Virus record (IMG/VR): IMGVR_UViG_3300000553_000014
Location: 1 to 64,000 of that record
Strand: one strand, 5' to 3'
Origin: a virus
DNA: 64,000 nt
Numbering within the stretch: the first letter of the stretch is position 1; the number at the start of each line of letters is the position of its first letter. Below the pieces are notes generated by a model. It was given only the letters and a program-made list of their open reading frames with translations. It searched no databases and was not told the DNA's origin. Both the position numbers and the translations under genes were made by a program. Positions 9,440 through 19,540 of the stretch are shown here, one piece after another.

Positions 9440-9958
9440 ATGAGAAATAAAAAAAATCCTGAATATCCTGAATTTCACACAGAAAAATTTTCTGATGGTT
9501 GGAAAAAATATGTTAAAGAAACTAAAAAAGCTGAAAGTGAAGGATTAAAATTAAAAATTCATGGGCAAAACGAAATAATTAAAAAACAAAAAAATTTAAT
9601 TGAATTGTATATTAAACAAATGGATAAATATCGCGAAACAATTAGAGAACAAGAAATTTTAATTATTAATTGTGCTAAATGTAAATTTCAAATTAAACGT
9701 GAAATTAAATTAAAATTAGAAATACCTGAAGTTGATAATTTTATTTCTGATAAAAAAGATAATTTAAAATTTTTCAATAAACTTGGAGGATTTATTGAAA
9801 CAGATTTACAGGAAATAGCTATAAAATGGTGGTGGGATTTACAAAATGCAACAAGAACTTTGTATGTGAGAATGTATTGTAAAGATGTTGATTATGCTTC
9901 ACCTGCAAAAGTTTTGGAAATATATAAAATAATAAATTTGAATCAAAATCAAAAATAA
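9440..9958 (+). CDS. Hypothetical protein with C-terminal WWxxL module
   Basis: KWWWDL...EIY. Confidence 0.7.
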   Translation: MRNKKNPEYPEFHTEKFSDGWKKYVKETKKAESEGLKLKIHGQNEIIKKQKNLIELYIKQMDKYRETIREQEILIINCAKCKFQIKREIKLKLEIPEVDNFISDKKDNLKFFNKLGGFIETDLQEIAIKWWWDLQNATRTLYVRMYCKDVDYASPAKVLEIYKIINLNQNQK

Positions 9959-9959
9959 T

Positions 9960-10577
9960 ATGGAAAATTTAAATTTTATAGTAAATATCGACAATTGTTT
10001 TGAAACTGAAAATCCTTTAGAAAAACCACAATGGTTAAGTTATTCTCAATTTAAAATATTAAAATCAAAATTTTCTTCTAAAGAAAAAATTATTGTTAAA
10101 TTTGAAACTTCTGAACAAATTGAATATAATGTTTTATATGCCCAAAGTTTAGATAATTTTATTAAATTAAACAGTCAAAATATTCAAATAAATTTAGAAA
10201 CATTAGAAATTTTTAATGGAAATTTTAATTCAGAAATTAGAGATACTTTGTTTGCCGAAAAAGAAAAATTAAAGCAATTTAATAATTTAAATGACCAAGA
10301 AATTTGGTTTGCAAATTTACGTCATATTATACATATATTTTTTAATAGTATTAACAATGGTTCTCCAAAATTAATTAATCAAATAATAATAACAAAATTT
10401 AATTTTTATTTAAATAGTTATATTATTAAAGAAATTAAATCTGAAGAAAATACGTCAAAAGAAATTTTACAACAAATTGTAAAAATTGAAAATTTATACA
10501 AATTTCCAATGAATCAAATTTATATAACATATAATAAAGATACATTTGAAGATTATAATGAAAAATATTTAAAATGA
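9960..10577 (+). CDS. Hypothetical protein
   Basis: ORF 205 aa in operon. Confidence 0.7.
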   Translation: MENLNFIVNIDNCFETENPLEKPQWLSYSQFKILKSKFSSKEKIIVKFETSEQIEYNVLYAQSLDNFIKLNSQNIQINLETLEIFNGNFNSEIRDTLFAEKEKLKQFNNLNDQEIWFANLRHIIHIFFNSINNGSPKLINQIIITKFNFYLNSYIIKEIKSEENTSKEILQQIVKIENLYKFPMNQIYITYNKDTFEDYNEKYLK

Positions 10578-11281
10578 AAAAAATTTACCAAACAATAGTT
10601 GATAAAAATGAAGGTAATTGTATGCAAGCAACAATTGCTTCATTATTAGATAAAACTTTGGATGAAATTCCAGAATTGAGAGAAAAATACACTGAACAAA
10701 ATTGGTTTCATTCTATGTTTGAATTTCTTGATAATTGTGGATATAAATTAGAAGGAACTTGGTATAATAAAAAATTAATGTTATTATTAAATGATATTAA
10801 AGAATCTGATAAGGAATTTAATTTTGAAAATCAATTTGATTTAGTTAAAGATTTACCAGGGGTTAATGGATATTTTTTCGCAACAGTTTTTTCTCCAATA
10901 TATCATGATTTTACCAATATTAAAAATCCACAAGTAAAACATGCAGTTATTATTGATAAATACTTTAATATTGTTCATGACCCAAATCCATTAAATAAAG
11001 GAATTCAATCATATCCATTTCATGATTTAATTGGTTATAATGGTGTTTGTGATATTTTATTAATTTCGAAAAAAATTCAAAAATATTCTTTTATTAAAAA
11101 AGAATTTTTTGGATATTCATTATTATTTTATTGGGAAGATAATAATGGAATTGAAACTATTGAAAGATTTGAAAATTTTGTTTCAAAAGACTCAGCAAAT
11201 AGAAAAATATTTCAAGTTAATGATGAAGCTCAAGCAATTAAAATTATCAATAATAAAAAAGAATTAAAAACTTATATATGA
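10574..11281 (+). CDS. Papain-fold (C39-like) putative peptidase
   Basis: GNCMQATIASLL (Cys), KHAVII (His), VHDPNP (Asp). Confidence 0.55.
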   Translation: MKKIYQTIVDKNEGNCMQATIASLLDKTLDEIPELREKYTEQNWFHSMFEFLDNCGYKLEGTWYNKKLMLLLNDIKESDKEFNFENQFDLVKDLPGVNGYFFATVFSPIYHDFTNIKNPQVKHAVIIDKYFNIVHDPNPLNKGIQSYPFHDLIGYNGVCDILLISKKIQKYSFIKKEFFGYSLLFYWEDNNGIETIERFENFVSKDSANRKIFQVNDEAQAIKIINNKKELKTYI

Positions 11282-11760
11282 TTGAAATATCAGAAAATAC
11301 AAAAATTTGGAAAAGTTTTAATTTATTTCATAAAGAAACAAATAAACCTGAAATAATAACAATTAGTTATGAAGATACTGAATCAGGAGATTTAATTGAT
11401 TATTGTTTTTATTCGAAAAATATTATTTATTTAGAAACTTTAGGTAAATTTTTTCTTCAAAATAGAAAAATTTCAATTATCGATTTTTGTTATACAAAAG
11501 AAAATTCATTATTTAAATTTAATGATTTGTATGAAAAAGCTGAATGTTTTAGAAATCAAAGAAAAATTTCAAGAACTCAATTTTTAAATGAATTAATATT
11601 TATTCTTGACCAAATTAAGACAAATGATTTAGTTATTACTGAAATTATAATGAAAAATAAACTTAAAAATCCTAAAATTATTTTTAATGCTTATTGGGGA
11701 AATTTAGATAAATTAATATTAATCAATACATTAGAAATGCAAAAAATTAAATCAGAATAA
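11278..11760 (+). CDS. Hypothetical protein
   Basis: ATGA-coupled ORF. Confidence 0.7.
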   Translation: MIEISENTKIWKSFNLFHKETNKPEIITISYEDTESGDLIDYCFYSKNIIYLETLGKFFLQNRKISIIDFCYTKENSLFKFNDLYEKAECFRNQRKISRTQFLNELIFILDQIKTNDLVITEIIMKNKLKNPKIIFNAYWGNLDKLILINTLEMQKIKSE

Positions 11761-11762
11761 TT

Positions 11763-12383
11763 ATGGAAGAATTAAAATCACAATTATATTCAAATATTCA
11801 AAAAGAATATAATGGAAAATGTTTCTTAGTTTTTTGGAAAAATCCTAATGGAGTTATTAATATTAATGAAATATTAAAATTCGAAAAACTTGATGAAAAA
11901 AATATAATAACTGAAGTTGAATCAGAAGCAAAAGCTTGGGAATTTGTTAATAATATGGAATTATTAAAATCAAGAATTGATATAATAGAAAAAGAAAAAA
12001 GAAAAAATTCAAATAAACGATTATTAATATTATCTGGTAAAACTATTAATAAAATATTAAAAGCTTTTGAATTATGTTGTGAATTATTAACAAAAACAAA
12101 ACAATTTGAAATATTTGAAGAAAATGTAATTCAATTTGAATGTGAACATTATACAACAAAACCAAAAACATTCGTATTAATTGATAATAGAGATTATATT
12201 AGTGATTCACGTTATACATTAACTATTGATGGATTTTTAACAATTTTTTTAAATACCGAACAATATGTAAGATTAAGAAGTTTTGGGAAAAATCATTTTG
12301 AGTGGTTACAAGATATTGAAAATAATGAAACAGGAACTTTAGAATTTGTTCGGTCAGTTAATGAAATTAACAAAAATAAATAA
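11763..12383 (+). CDS. Hypothetical protein; N-terminus homologous to C-terminus of 10574
   Basis: QLYSNIQKEYNG..W.NPNG...ESEAKA..VNN. Confidence 0.7.
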   Translation: MEELKSQLYSNIQKEYNGKCFLVFWKNPNGVININEILKFEKLDEKNIITEVESEAKAWEFVNNMELLKSRIDIIEKEKRKNSNKRLLILSGKTINKILKAFELCCELLTKTKQFEIFEENVIQFECEHYTTKPKTFVLIDNRDYISDSRYTLTIDGFLTIFLNTEQYVRLRSFGKNHFEWLQDIENNETGTLEFVRSVNEINKNK

Positions 12384-12409
12384 GCCCCTCGCCGTTGGCT
12401 CGGGAAAAA
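12382..12409 (-). repeat. 28-bp GC-rich hairpin repeat, copy 2 (intergenic)
   Basis: Identical to 3928-3955. Confidence 0.9.
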
Positions 12410-12410
12410 T

Positions 12411-12580
12411 CAGATAAAATTTGATAAAATCGGATAAAATTTGATAAAATCAGATAAAATTTGATAAAATCAGATAAAATCAGATAAAATCAGATAAAAT
12501 TTGATAAAATTTGATAAAATCAAATCAAAAATAATTCTTAATAATTCTTAATAATTTTTAATAATTTAAAATAATTTCGA
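12411..12580. repeat. Two adjacent 10-bp-period tandem arrays
   Basis: (CA/TT/CG)GATAAAAT x11 at 12411-12520; ATAATTYNNA x5 at 12531-12580. Confidence 0.95.
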
Positions 12581-12581
12581 A

Positions 12582-12995
12582 ATGCTTTCAAATACAATAA
12601 ACAATTCAGAAAAGGAATCTAAATTTCCAAAAACTGTCAGTTGCGAAACTGATGAATTAATTTATTCAGCATGTTTAATTAAAATAAAACAATGTTTATC
12701 TTCAGATGATTTGTATTATGGTACATATATTGATGGTGAAATACAATATGATAAATGTCATATTATTGGAAAAATGTTTGCATTTGATTATGCAAATGAT
12801 ATAATTTATTTCAAAACTATTGAAGTAAAAATATCTAAAAGAGAATCAGCTAATTTGCGAAAAATACTTGCAAAACAACAAGATTTAATTTCAGATTTAA
12901 AAGCAAATCCTGAATTAATTAATGTTTTGGAATTATTAATTGAAAATGAACCAAATCCAACTTATATTTCTCGTTTTAAATTAGGTGAAAAATGA
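12582..12995 (+). CDS. Hypothetical protein
   Basis: ORF 137 aa. Confidence 0.7.
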   Translation: MLSNTINNSEKESKFPKTVSCETDELIYSACLIKIKQCLSSDDLYYGTYIDGEIQYDKCHIIGKMFAFDYANDIIYFKTIEVKISKRESANLRKILAKQQDLISDLKANPELINVLELLIENEPNPTYISRFKLGEK

Positions 12996-13276
12996 AAGAA
13001 GATTTAATAAAAGCATTTAAAATTGAATTAGAAAATGCTCCAGCTCATTTTGATTTAGGAAAAGATTCATTAGGAAATGTGTATATTGGACAATTTAGGT
13101 TTAATGAAAATGATAAAGAAATATCATATAAAAATATTAAATTTGAATTAGATTCAAATAAAACACATTTACTTAATGATTTAGTTAATAAAATCAAATT
13201 TCGTAATAATAAAAGATTATCAAATCCTGAATATGCTGAAATATTATCAATAATTGAAAGAAAAAAATTCAATTGA
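12992..13276 (+). CDS. Hypothetical protein
   Basis: ATGA-coupled ORF. Confidence 0.7.
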   Translation: MKEDLIKAFKIELENAPAHFDLGKDSLGNVYIGQFRFNENDKEISYKNIKFELDSNKTHLLNDLVNKIKFRNNKRLSNPEYAEILSIIERKKFN

Positions 13277-13442
13277 AACTGTTTTTAGAAATATTACAAA
13301 TCAACAAATTTTAATAATTACTAAAGAATTTGAAGATATTAAATTTTCTGTTAAAGAACATAATGGAAATTTTTCAGATATAGTTTTACATCCAAATGAT
13401 ATTAAAAAAATAATTCAAACTTTAAATGTTTTAATAAAATGA
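13254..13442 (+). CDS. Small hypothetical protein (start uncertain)
   Basis: Fills gap; stop overlaps next ATG. Confidence 0.5.
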   Translation: MKEKNSIETVFRNITNQQILIITKEFEDIKFSVKEHNGNFSDIVLHPNDIKKIIQTLNVLIK

Positions 13443-14212
13443 GAAAAGATGAAGAATTAGACCATATTTGGTTTATTGCAGATACCCATTTTTTACATGA
13501 AAAGATTTTTGAATTTTTTCCTGCAAGAATTCAACAAGCATTAGAAGATAGTATTGGTAAAGATTTTGTTAATCATGACCAATGGTTAATTAATAGAATT
13601 AATTCAAAAGTAGGTAAAAAAGATACTATTTATTTTTTGGGTGATGTTTCACTTGGGTCAAAAATAAAAACAGAAGCTTTACTTGATACTATTGATGGAC
13701 GAAAAATATTAATTGCTGGAAATCATGATAAAAATCTTTTACATTCAACTCGTTTTCAAGAAATAAAACAAATTAAAAATTTCACATTTAATTCAGAAAA
13801 TATTCCGAATTTACATATAGTTTTATGTCATTATCCGATTTCAGTTTGGGAAAGAAAAGAACATAATTCATTACATTTACATGGACATACCCACGGGAGG
13901 TCTTCAGCCCTTCATAAAGAAATTGTAAATAATATAAATTCTTGGGATGTTGGTGTTGATGTGAATAATTATTATCCAATTAGTTTAAAAGAAGTTTTGG
14001 AAAAATTGAAATATAAACATATTCAAAAAATAAAAGAAAATGAATTAATTAAACAAATTAATAAAAATACTCCAATTAAACTTAATTTAGTTGGAAAAAA
14101 TGGATATGGTGAATTTAAAGATAAATTTAAATTTTGTGAATTTACAGAAAAACTTGATACAAAATGTTTTATTGAAGCAAATAATTTAAAATCTGAATCT
14201 AAAAAAGTATAA
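13439..14212 (+). CDS. Calcineurin-like metallophosphoesterase
   Basis: ADTHF, LGD, AGNHD, CHYP, HGHTH, DVGVD. Confidence 0.9.
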   Translation: MRKDEELDHIWFIADTHFLHEKIFEFFPARIQQALEDSIGKDFVNHDQWLINRINSKVGKKDTIYFLGDVSLGSKIKTEALLDTIDGRKILIAGNHDKNLLHSTRFQEIKQIKNFTFNSENIPNLHIVLCHYPISVWERKEHNSLHLHGHTHGRSSALHKEIVNNINSWDVGVDVNNYYPISLKEVLEKLKYKHIQKIKENELIKQINKNTPIKLNLVGKNGYGEFKDKFKFCEFTEKLDTKCFIEANNLKSESKKV

Positions 14213-14214
14213 TT

Positions 14215-14967
14215 ATGGAAAAATATGAAAATTTAAATGAAAAAAATTGTATTCGAACTCATACTGGAATTTATTTCAATGTTTTTGAACCAACCTTAGA
14301 AATGATTGATATTAAAGATATTGCACATGCTTTAAGTATGATTCCAAGATTTGGAGGGCATTTTCCATTACCTTATTCAGTTGCACAACATTCTGTATCT
14401 GTTGCGAATTTATTAGATAGAAAAAATGCTTTTACAGGTTTAATGCACGATGCTTCAGAAGCATATTTATTAGATATTCCAGCACCAATAAAACATAATA
14501 TTCCAGAGTATCAAAAAGCTGAAATAAAAATAATGCAATTGATTGCTAAAAAATATAAATTTCAATTTCCTTTTATTAATGAAATACATGAAGTTGATAA
14601 AAAATTATTAAAAAGTGAATGGAATTTTTTTGTAAATTATAATAAACAAGATAAAAGTTATTTTAAATGTTGGAAGCAAGAATATGCTGAAAAAAGATTT
14701 TTACATGAATTTTATAAATTACAAGAAATACCAATATATTTAACAAAAAAGAAATCAATGATAAATCATAACCCACTTGGTTTGGCACCTGGTGATGAAG
14801 TTATATTGGATGAAAAATTTAGAAATGGTTCAATAGTTATAATTGAAAGTATAACTTTAATGGGATTATTTTCAAATATTTATTCAAAAGAAGTTTTTGA
14901 AAGAGATAATAGAAAATCTACTTGGGAAGTAATGACAAATCGTTTAACAAAAATAAAATCAGAATAA
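14215..14967 (+). CDS. HD-domain 5'-deoxynucleotidase (YfdR/YfbR-like)
   Basis: DIAHALS..PRFGGH, YSVAQHS, LMHDASEAYL.DIP.PIK. Confidence 0.85.
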   Translation: MEKYENLNEKNCIRTHTGIYFNVFEPTLEMIDIKDIAHALSMIPRFGGHFPLPYSVAQHSVSVANLLDRKNAFTGLMHDASEAYLLDIPAPIKHNIPEYQKAEIKIMQLIAKKYKFQFPFINEIHEVDKKLLKSEWNFFVNYNKQDKSYFKCWKQEYAEKRFLHEFYKLQEIPIYLTKKKSMINHNPLGLAPGDEVILDEKFRNGSIVIIESITLMGLFSNIYSKEVFERDNRKSTWEVMTNRLTKIKSE

Positions 14968-15959
14968 TGAAAAAAATTAATATTTGTGATGAATTAATAA
15001 TGAAAATTATTAATCAAGTAATTAATGAAATAACTGATATAAAAAATATAAAAGAAACAAATCTTAATACTTCTAAATGGATTATAAATGACCTTTTTCA
15101 TATTTATTATAAAGGTTCATTAATTATTTATAAAAATTTGGAATTTAAAATTTCAGACAAATCAATGGCACAACTTCAAAATTTAATTTTAAATAAAATT
15201 GAAAAATTAAATTTACAATCAGTTATTGAACAATATGATAAAGAACTTCCAGATTTTCATGAACTTTTAAATATAATTACAAAAGAAAAAAGTTTTAAAG
15301 AAGATTGTCAAGAAATTTGTACTTTACATGATTTAATACAAAAAAGATTGTCAACTAATTCCCAATATGTCCAACCAAAATTTGATAAACAAAATCTTCA
15401 AAATCCAAAAAATATAACAATTTTAGATAAATATTTAGAATCAACTGAAATTTGGATTTGGTGGAATGGTTTAGGATTTGAAAATCAGGAAGAATTGATA
15501 AATAAATATTTTAAATTTCCAAATAAAGAGAAAAATTTTGATTATGAAAATATTTATTGTATTTATGTTTTAGAAAAAGAAAATCAACGTAAAAATACTG
15601 AATATAAAAATATTTGTGAATGGTGGGGAAATTTATCAGAAAATGAAAAACAAAAATTGTGTAAAAAATATTATTCTGATAATAATATTAATATTTCAAT
15701 GACTTATTCTCAAATTTGGACAATTCAAGCAAAAGAATCATGTGAAAATAATATTTTACCTTCAACTTGTGGAAGAGAAAATAATTGTATTAATTGTGAA
15801 AGATATAAACCAAGTATAAAAGAAAAAATAAAATTTGCAGACGTTGATACAATAATATGGTGGGAAAATTTAATTAATTCTGAAAAATTTAAATATCGTG
15901 AAAATTTTTATTATGGTATTGAAAAAATTCAAATTGAAAGAAAATACAAATTAAAATGA
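14967..15959 (+). CDS. Hypothetical protein with three WWxxL repeats
   Basis: Start moved to ATG 14967 (TAATG coupling); WWNGL, WWGNL, WWENL. Confidence 0.7.
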   Translation: MKKINICDELIMKIINQVINEITDIKNIKETNLNTSKWIINDLFHIYYKGSLIIYKNLEFKISDKSMAQLQNLILNKIEKLNLQSVIEQYDKELPDFHELLNIITKEKSFKEDCQEICTLHDLIQKRLSTNSQYVQPKFDKQNLQNPKNITILDKYLESTEIWIWWNGLGFENQEELINKYFKFPNKEKNFDYENIYCIYVLEKENQRKNTEYKNICEWWGNLSENEKQKLCKKYYSDNNINISMTYSQIWTIQAKESCENNILPSTCGRENNCINCERYKPSIKEKIKFADVDTIIWWENLINSEKFKYRENFYYGIEKIQIERKYKLK

Positions 15960-16297
15960 AAATAATATTATTCAAAAGATTAAATTTAAAAACAGAAATT
16001 GAAATAAATTTCAATTTCAAAGTAAGAAAATTCAAATATTTATATGCAAATTTACCTAATTGGGCTGATGATGTTTGTATTAAAACTCCTGGTTCAGATT
16101 CAGGAACTTTACATAAGATTACTGAAATTCAATTAGGTTATTATAAAAATTCCCAAATAACTTTAGTTAATTTACATAATCCAAAATCAGCTGAAATTGT
16201 TTATTTAAAACCAAGAACGAAAGTTTTAAAATTTGGTAATGAGAAAAAACGCGTTAATACAACAAATAGATATTGTCAAATAAAATGTTATTATTAA
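15956..16297 (+). CDS. Hypothetical protein
   Basis: Coupled ORF. Confidence 0.65.
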   Translation: MKIILFKRLNLKTEIEINFNFKVRKFKYLYANLPNWADDVCIKTPGSDSGTLHKITEIQLGYYKNSQITLVNLHNPKSAEIVYLKPRTKVLKFGNEKKRVNTTNRYCQIKCYY

Positions 16298-16307
16298 AAT
16301 ATAAAAT

Positions 16308-16943
16308 ATGCAAAGTTTAATTAGAAAATATTATTCTCAAATAACTAATAGACAATTATTGCTTAATGATAGGAATTTAGATTTACCAATAATTGCAAAA
16401 ACTTCATTACAAAATGAAATTAATATAATAACTGAATTTGTTACAGATTTAGAAAATTTAATAAAAACCGAATATTTATTTTTTGTTCATAATTCACAAA
16501 AACAATTTTTTGAAAAATATGATTTAATTTTAGTTGAAGAAGAACAAAAAGGTACAGAATTAATTCCAAAACCTTATTATGCTGTTATTAATAGATTAGT
16601 TGGAACAGATAAATTATCTATTAGTGTTGGAGGGAAAACTTGGACAATTTCTAAATATTGGGCTAAAAATATGGAATTACTTATTTGTAAAGATGAAGGA
16701 GTTTATAGAAATTTTGATTCAATTGGATATAGTCCAAAACAAAAATGTATAATTGGTTGGAGTTTTTTTGATAGTTGTTCAAATTCTGAATTAAAAAAAA
16801 TTGTTGGAATTTATCCAAAATCTTTTACAGGTTATCCAATGATTTGTAAATCATTTGCAGAAGAATGGTGTGTAAAACAAATGAATAAAATTGAATTAAC
16901 TAATTCTGAATTAGATATATTTATCATAAAACAACAGAAATAA
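16308..16943 (+). CDS. Hypothetical protein
   Basis: ORF 211 aa. Confidence 0.7.
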   Translation: MQSLIRKYYSQITNRQLLLNDRNLDLPIIAKTSLQNEINIITEFVTDLENLIKTEYLFFVHNSQKQFFEKYDLILVEEEQKGTELIPKPYYAVINRLVGTDKLSISVGGKTWTISKYWAKNMELLICKDEGVYRNFDSIGYSPKQKCIIGWSFFDSCSNSELKKIVGIYPKSFTGYPMICKSFAEEWCVKQMNKIELTNSELDIFIIKQQK

Positions 16944-16948
16944 TTTTC

Positions 16949-16978
16949 TGCCCATAATTATTGAAATTTTCGGATATA
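16949..16978 (+). promoter_or_regulatory. Phage bipartite promoter
   Basis: TGCCCAT-N15-CGGATATA. Confidence 0.8.
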
Positions 16979-17008
16979 TAAATTAATAAATTAATAAATA
17001 AAAATAAT

Positions 17009-17101
17009 ATGAATACAAAAATAAAAGAAATTTGGATTAGTTTAGATTTAGCTTTGGTTTCATTATTAATATTATCAATAATTTTATATTTTCAAAAATG
17101 A
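17009..17101 (+). CDS. 30-aa membrane peptide (not in ORF track)
   Basis: MNTKIKEIWISLDLALVSLLILSIILYFQK; first ATG after promoter; TGA overlaps ATG 17098. Confidence 0.6.
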   Translation: MNTKIKEIWISLDLALVSLLILSIILYFQK

Positions 17102-17313
17102 TGGGATTTATTAATTTTTTTATAATTGTAAGTTTTTGCCTTATAAGTATTGATTTATATGAAAAAAGATATAAAATTCGAAAAGGTCCAAATCCAGTTT
17201 TAACAGGAAAATATGCTTTTACTTTATGGCAAATAATAAAAATGTTTATTTGTGGTTGGTTAGCTCATTATATTTTTGTTTTATTATTGGATTTTATTAT
17301 TAAGTATTACTAA
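17098..17313 (+). CDS. Small two-TM membrane protein
   Basis: Two hydrophobic segments. Confidence 0.65.
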   Translation: MMGFINFFIIVSFCLISIDLYEKRYKIRKGPNPVLTGKYAFTLWQIIKMFICGWLAHYIFVLLLDFIIKYY

Positions 17314-18974
17314 TGGGAAATGATGAAAACAAAGAAATATCAAATCCGTATTTAACAGCTGAAGAAAAAGTATTAATATTACGAAATAATACTTTAATTG
17401 GACAGAAAAAAAATTATATTCCTAATATTGGTGATTTTCTTGCGGAAAATTTTAATAAAATTGATGGATTTGATTATAGATGGAGTTCATTAATAACCTC
17501 ATCACCATTATTATTTGAAGATGTTGATTATATTAGAACTAAACAATTTATAATAAATGAAATAACTCCGGAAGAAATACAAGCTTATAAAGAAGGTAAA
17601 TTACGTGAATTATATGCAACATTTGAAAATATGTTAGTTTGTAATTTACAATATTATGATAGAATTATGAATTTTTGTACAATGGTATTTTTACATTATA
17701 TACGATTGTCAGAAGATTCAATAACATCAGAATATTTAGATGAAATATCTTATGTATTAGAAATGACACCAACACAAATTTGGTGTTGTGCTTTATGTGG
17801 CGTAAATAGTACAGAATGGGAATTAAATTATGGTTGGACTTTTAATGGAATTAAACCAATTAAATTATATAAAAATTTACTTACTGGTGAAAAAAGTTTA
17901 TTAGAAATAAATTGGAATATTTTATATCAAAATAAAATATTTTCTAAATTTGTTGAATATTCATCTTTAAGAACAAATACTTTAGGATTTAGACAAACTT
18001 TTTTAGTTGATAAAACATCAAATAGAAAATTATCTTATGTTTGTGCTAAATTTACTAAAACTTCTGTAGCAATTTCTGATGAACAATTATATTCATTAAA
18101 TGAATATATTGCGGAATATGAAAATTTAAATCAAAAATTATATACAAGTTTATTTGAATGTTTGAAAAAAATATTTAATAATGATGAAACACAATTTGCT
18201 ATTTATATTTATACTGATGAATTTTATATTCATACAGCAAAATTCTCAATGAGAGTTCGAAAAGATAATGGTAAAATTTCAAAAGATTATTTATCAAATA
18301 GTTATGAATGTTTCGCAGCTGAAGAATATTTATTTGATTCAGTTAAAACTCAAATTGAATGGGTAAAATATAAATTACCAACACAATTTGAATATGATAA
18401 ACAAATATTAATTAGTTTATTAAAAGAAATGTTGAAAACTAATTATAAACAAATTATGTGTATTCGTAGAATGAATAATTATGGAGTTTTATCCAAAATA
18501 ACATTTTCAGGAATATTCCACATGGTATATATTCAAGAAGAATTAATGTTTAATAATCGGTCAATTAAAACTTCTAAAATTTGTTTATCAAAAGAAAATA
18601 CTGCAGAATATGTAATTAATCGTGGATATTATTTATTTGGACTTGAAGAAGATGTTTATAAAATATCAATAGAAGAAAAATTATCAAGACAAGTACTTAT
18701 TAATCATTATTCAAATTATTGTATACCAATTTTGCAACACATGCAAGAAGTTATAACATTACATAATATGTCAAAAAATGATATTATTGATGTTGTATGT
18801 TCAGGATTACTAAATCCAAATAAGATAAATAATGAAAATATTATGTATACAAATATTAAAGGTATTAATGATAATAAAACAGGTAAAAAATTATTACAAA
18901 ATGCTTTAGATAAACAAAATAAAAATGCTGGTGGAATTAAGAAAAATTATTGGAAAGTAACAACGGGAAATTAA
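17313..18974 (+). CDS. Hypothetical protein (553 aa)
   Basis: Long ORF, no recognised motif. Confidence 0.8.
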   Translation: MGNDENKEISNPYLTAEEKVLILRNNTLIGQKKNYIPNIGDFLAENFNKIDGFDYRWSSLITSSPLLFEDVDYIRTKQFIINEITPEEIQAYKEGKLRELYATFENMLVCNLQYYDRIMNFCTMVFLHYIRLSEDSITSEYLDEISYVLEMTPTQIWCCALCGVNSTEWELNYGWTFNGIKPIKLYKNLLTGEKSLLEINWNILYQNKIFSKFVEYSSLRTNTLGFRQTFLVDKTSNRKLSYVCAKFTKTSVAISDEQLYSLNEYIAEYENLNQKLYTSLFECLKKIFNNDETQFAIYIYTDEFYIHTAKFSMRVRKDNGKISKDYLSNSYECFAAEEYLFDSVKTQIEWVKYKLPTQFEYDKQILISLLKEMLKTNYKQIMCIRRMNNYGVLSKITFSGIFHMVYIQEELMFNNRSIKTSKICLSKENTAEYVINRGYYLFGLEEDVYKISIEEKLSRQVLINHYSNYCIPILQHMQEVITLHNMSKNDIIDVVCSGLLNPNKINNENIMYTNIKGINDNKTGKKLLQNALDKQNKNAGGIKKNYWKVTTGN

Positions 18975-18975
18975 A

Positions 18976-19194
18976 ATGGAAAATGCAATTTTAAAATGGT
19001 CTTCTGAAGTTAAATTAGAAGATATTCAATTAGATAGAGAAATTGAAATTTCTCAAAAACAATATAATATTGTAAATACTAAATGTTCTGGTTTAGTATT
19101 TCATCGAAGTGAATTAGGTAAAAAATTTTTTATTAAACTTTGTTGGGAAAAATACAAAAAAGAAGTTTTTAATATACTTAAAGAAAATGAATAG
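18976..19194 (+). CDS. Hypothetical protein
   Basis: Coupled ORF. Confidence 0.7.
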   Translation: MENAILKWSSEVKLEDIQLDREIEISQKQYNIVNTKCSGLVFHRSELGKKFFIKLCWEKYKKEVFNILKENE

Positions 19195-19540
19195 AGAAGA
19201 AAAACAATTTAATGATTTAATTTATCAATATTATGGACAAAAAGATATGTTTGATAAAATAAAACATAATTTTTGGGCTGTTAGAACAAAATTATTAATA
19301 CATGATAGTTTTAGAAATTCTTTTATAAAAAAACAATTTGAAATGTGTACAACTGTTATTAATATAGCAAATCACACTTCCTTAGAATCATTAAGGCAAT
19401 TTTCAATAAGAAAAGATAAAACAGAAACTTTTGAATATTCAATTAATTTTGGGTACCAAGAACCAATTAAAATAAATTTACAATCTGCAGATGTATTTGA
19501 TGCAGATTTAATTAAAAAACAAATTTTATTAACAATATAA
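19187..19540 (+). CDS. Hypothetical protein, paralog of 19541
   Basis: Shared F.DL.Y..Y, QFE.CT..I, FEYSI...Y..PI. Confidence 0.75.
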   Translation: MNREEKQFNDLIYQYYGQKDMFDKIKHNFWAVRTKLLIHDSFRNSFIKKQFEMCTTVINIANHTSLESLRQFSIRKDKTETFEYSINFGYQEPIKINLQSADVFDADLIKKQILLTI

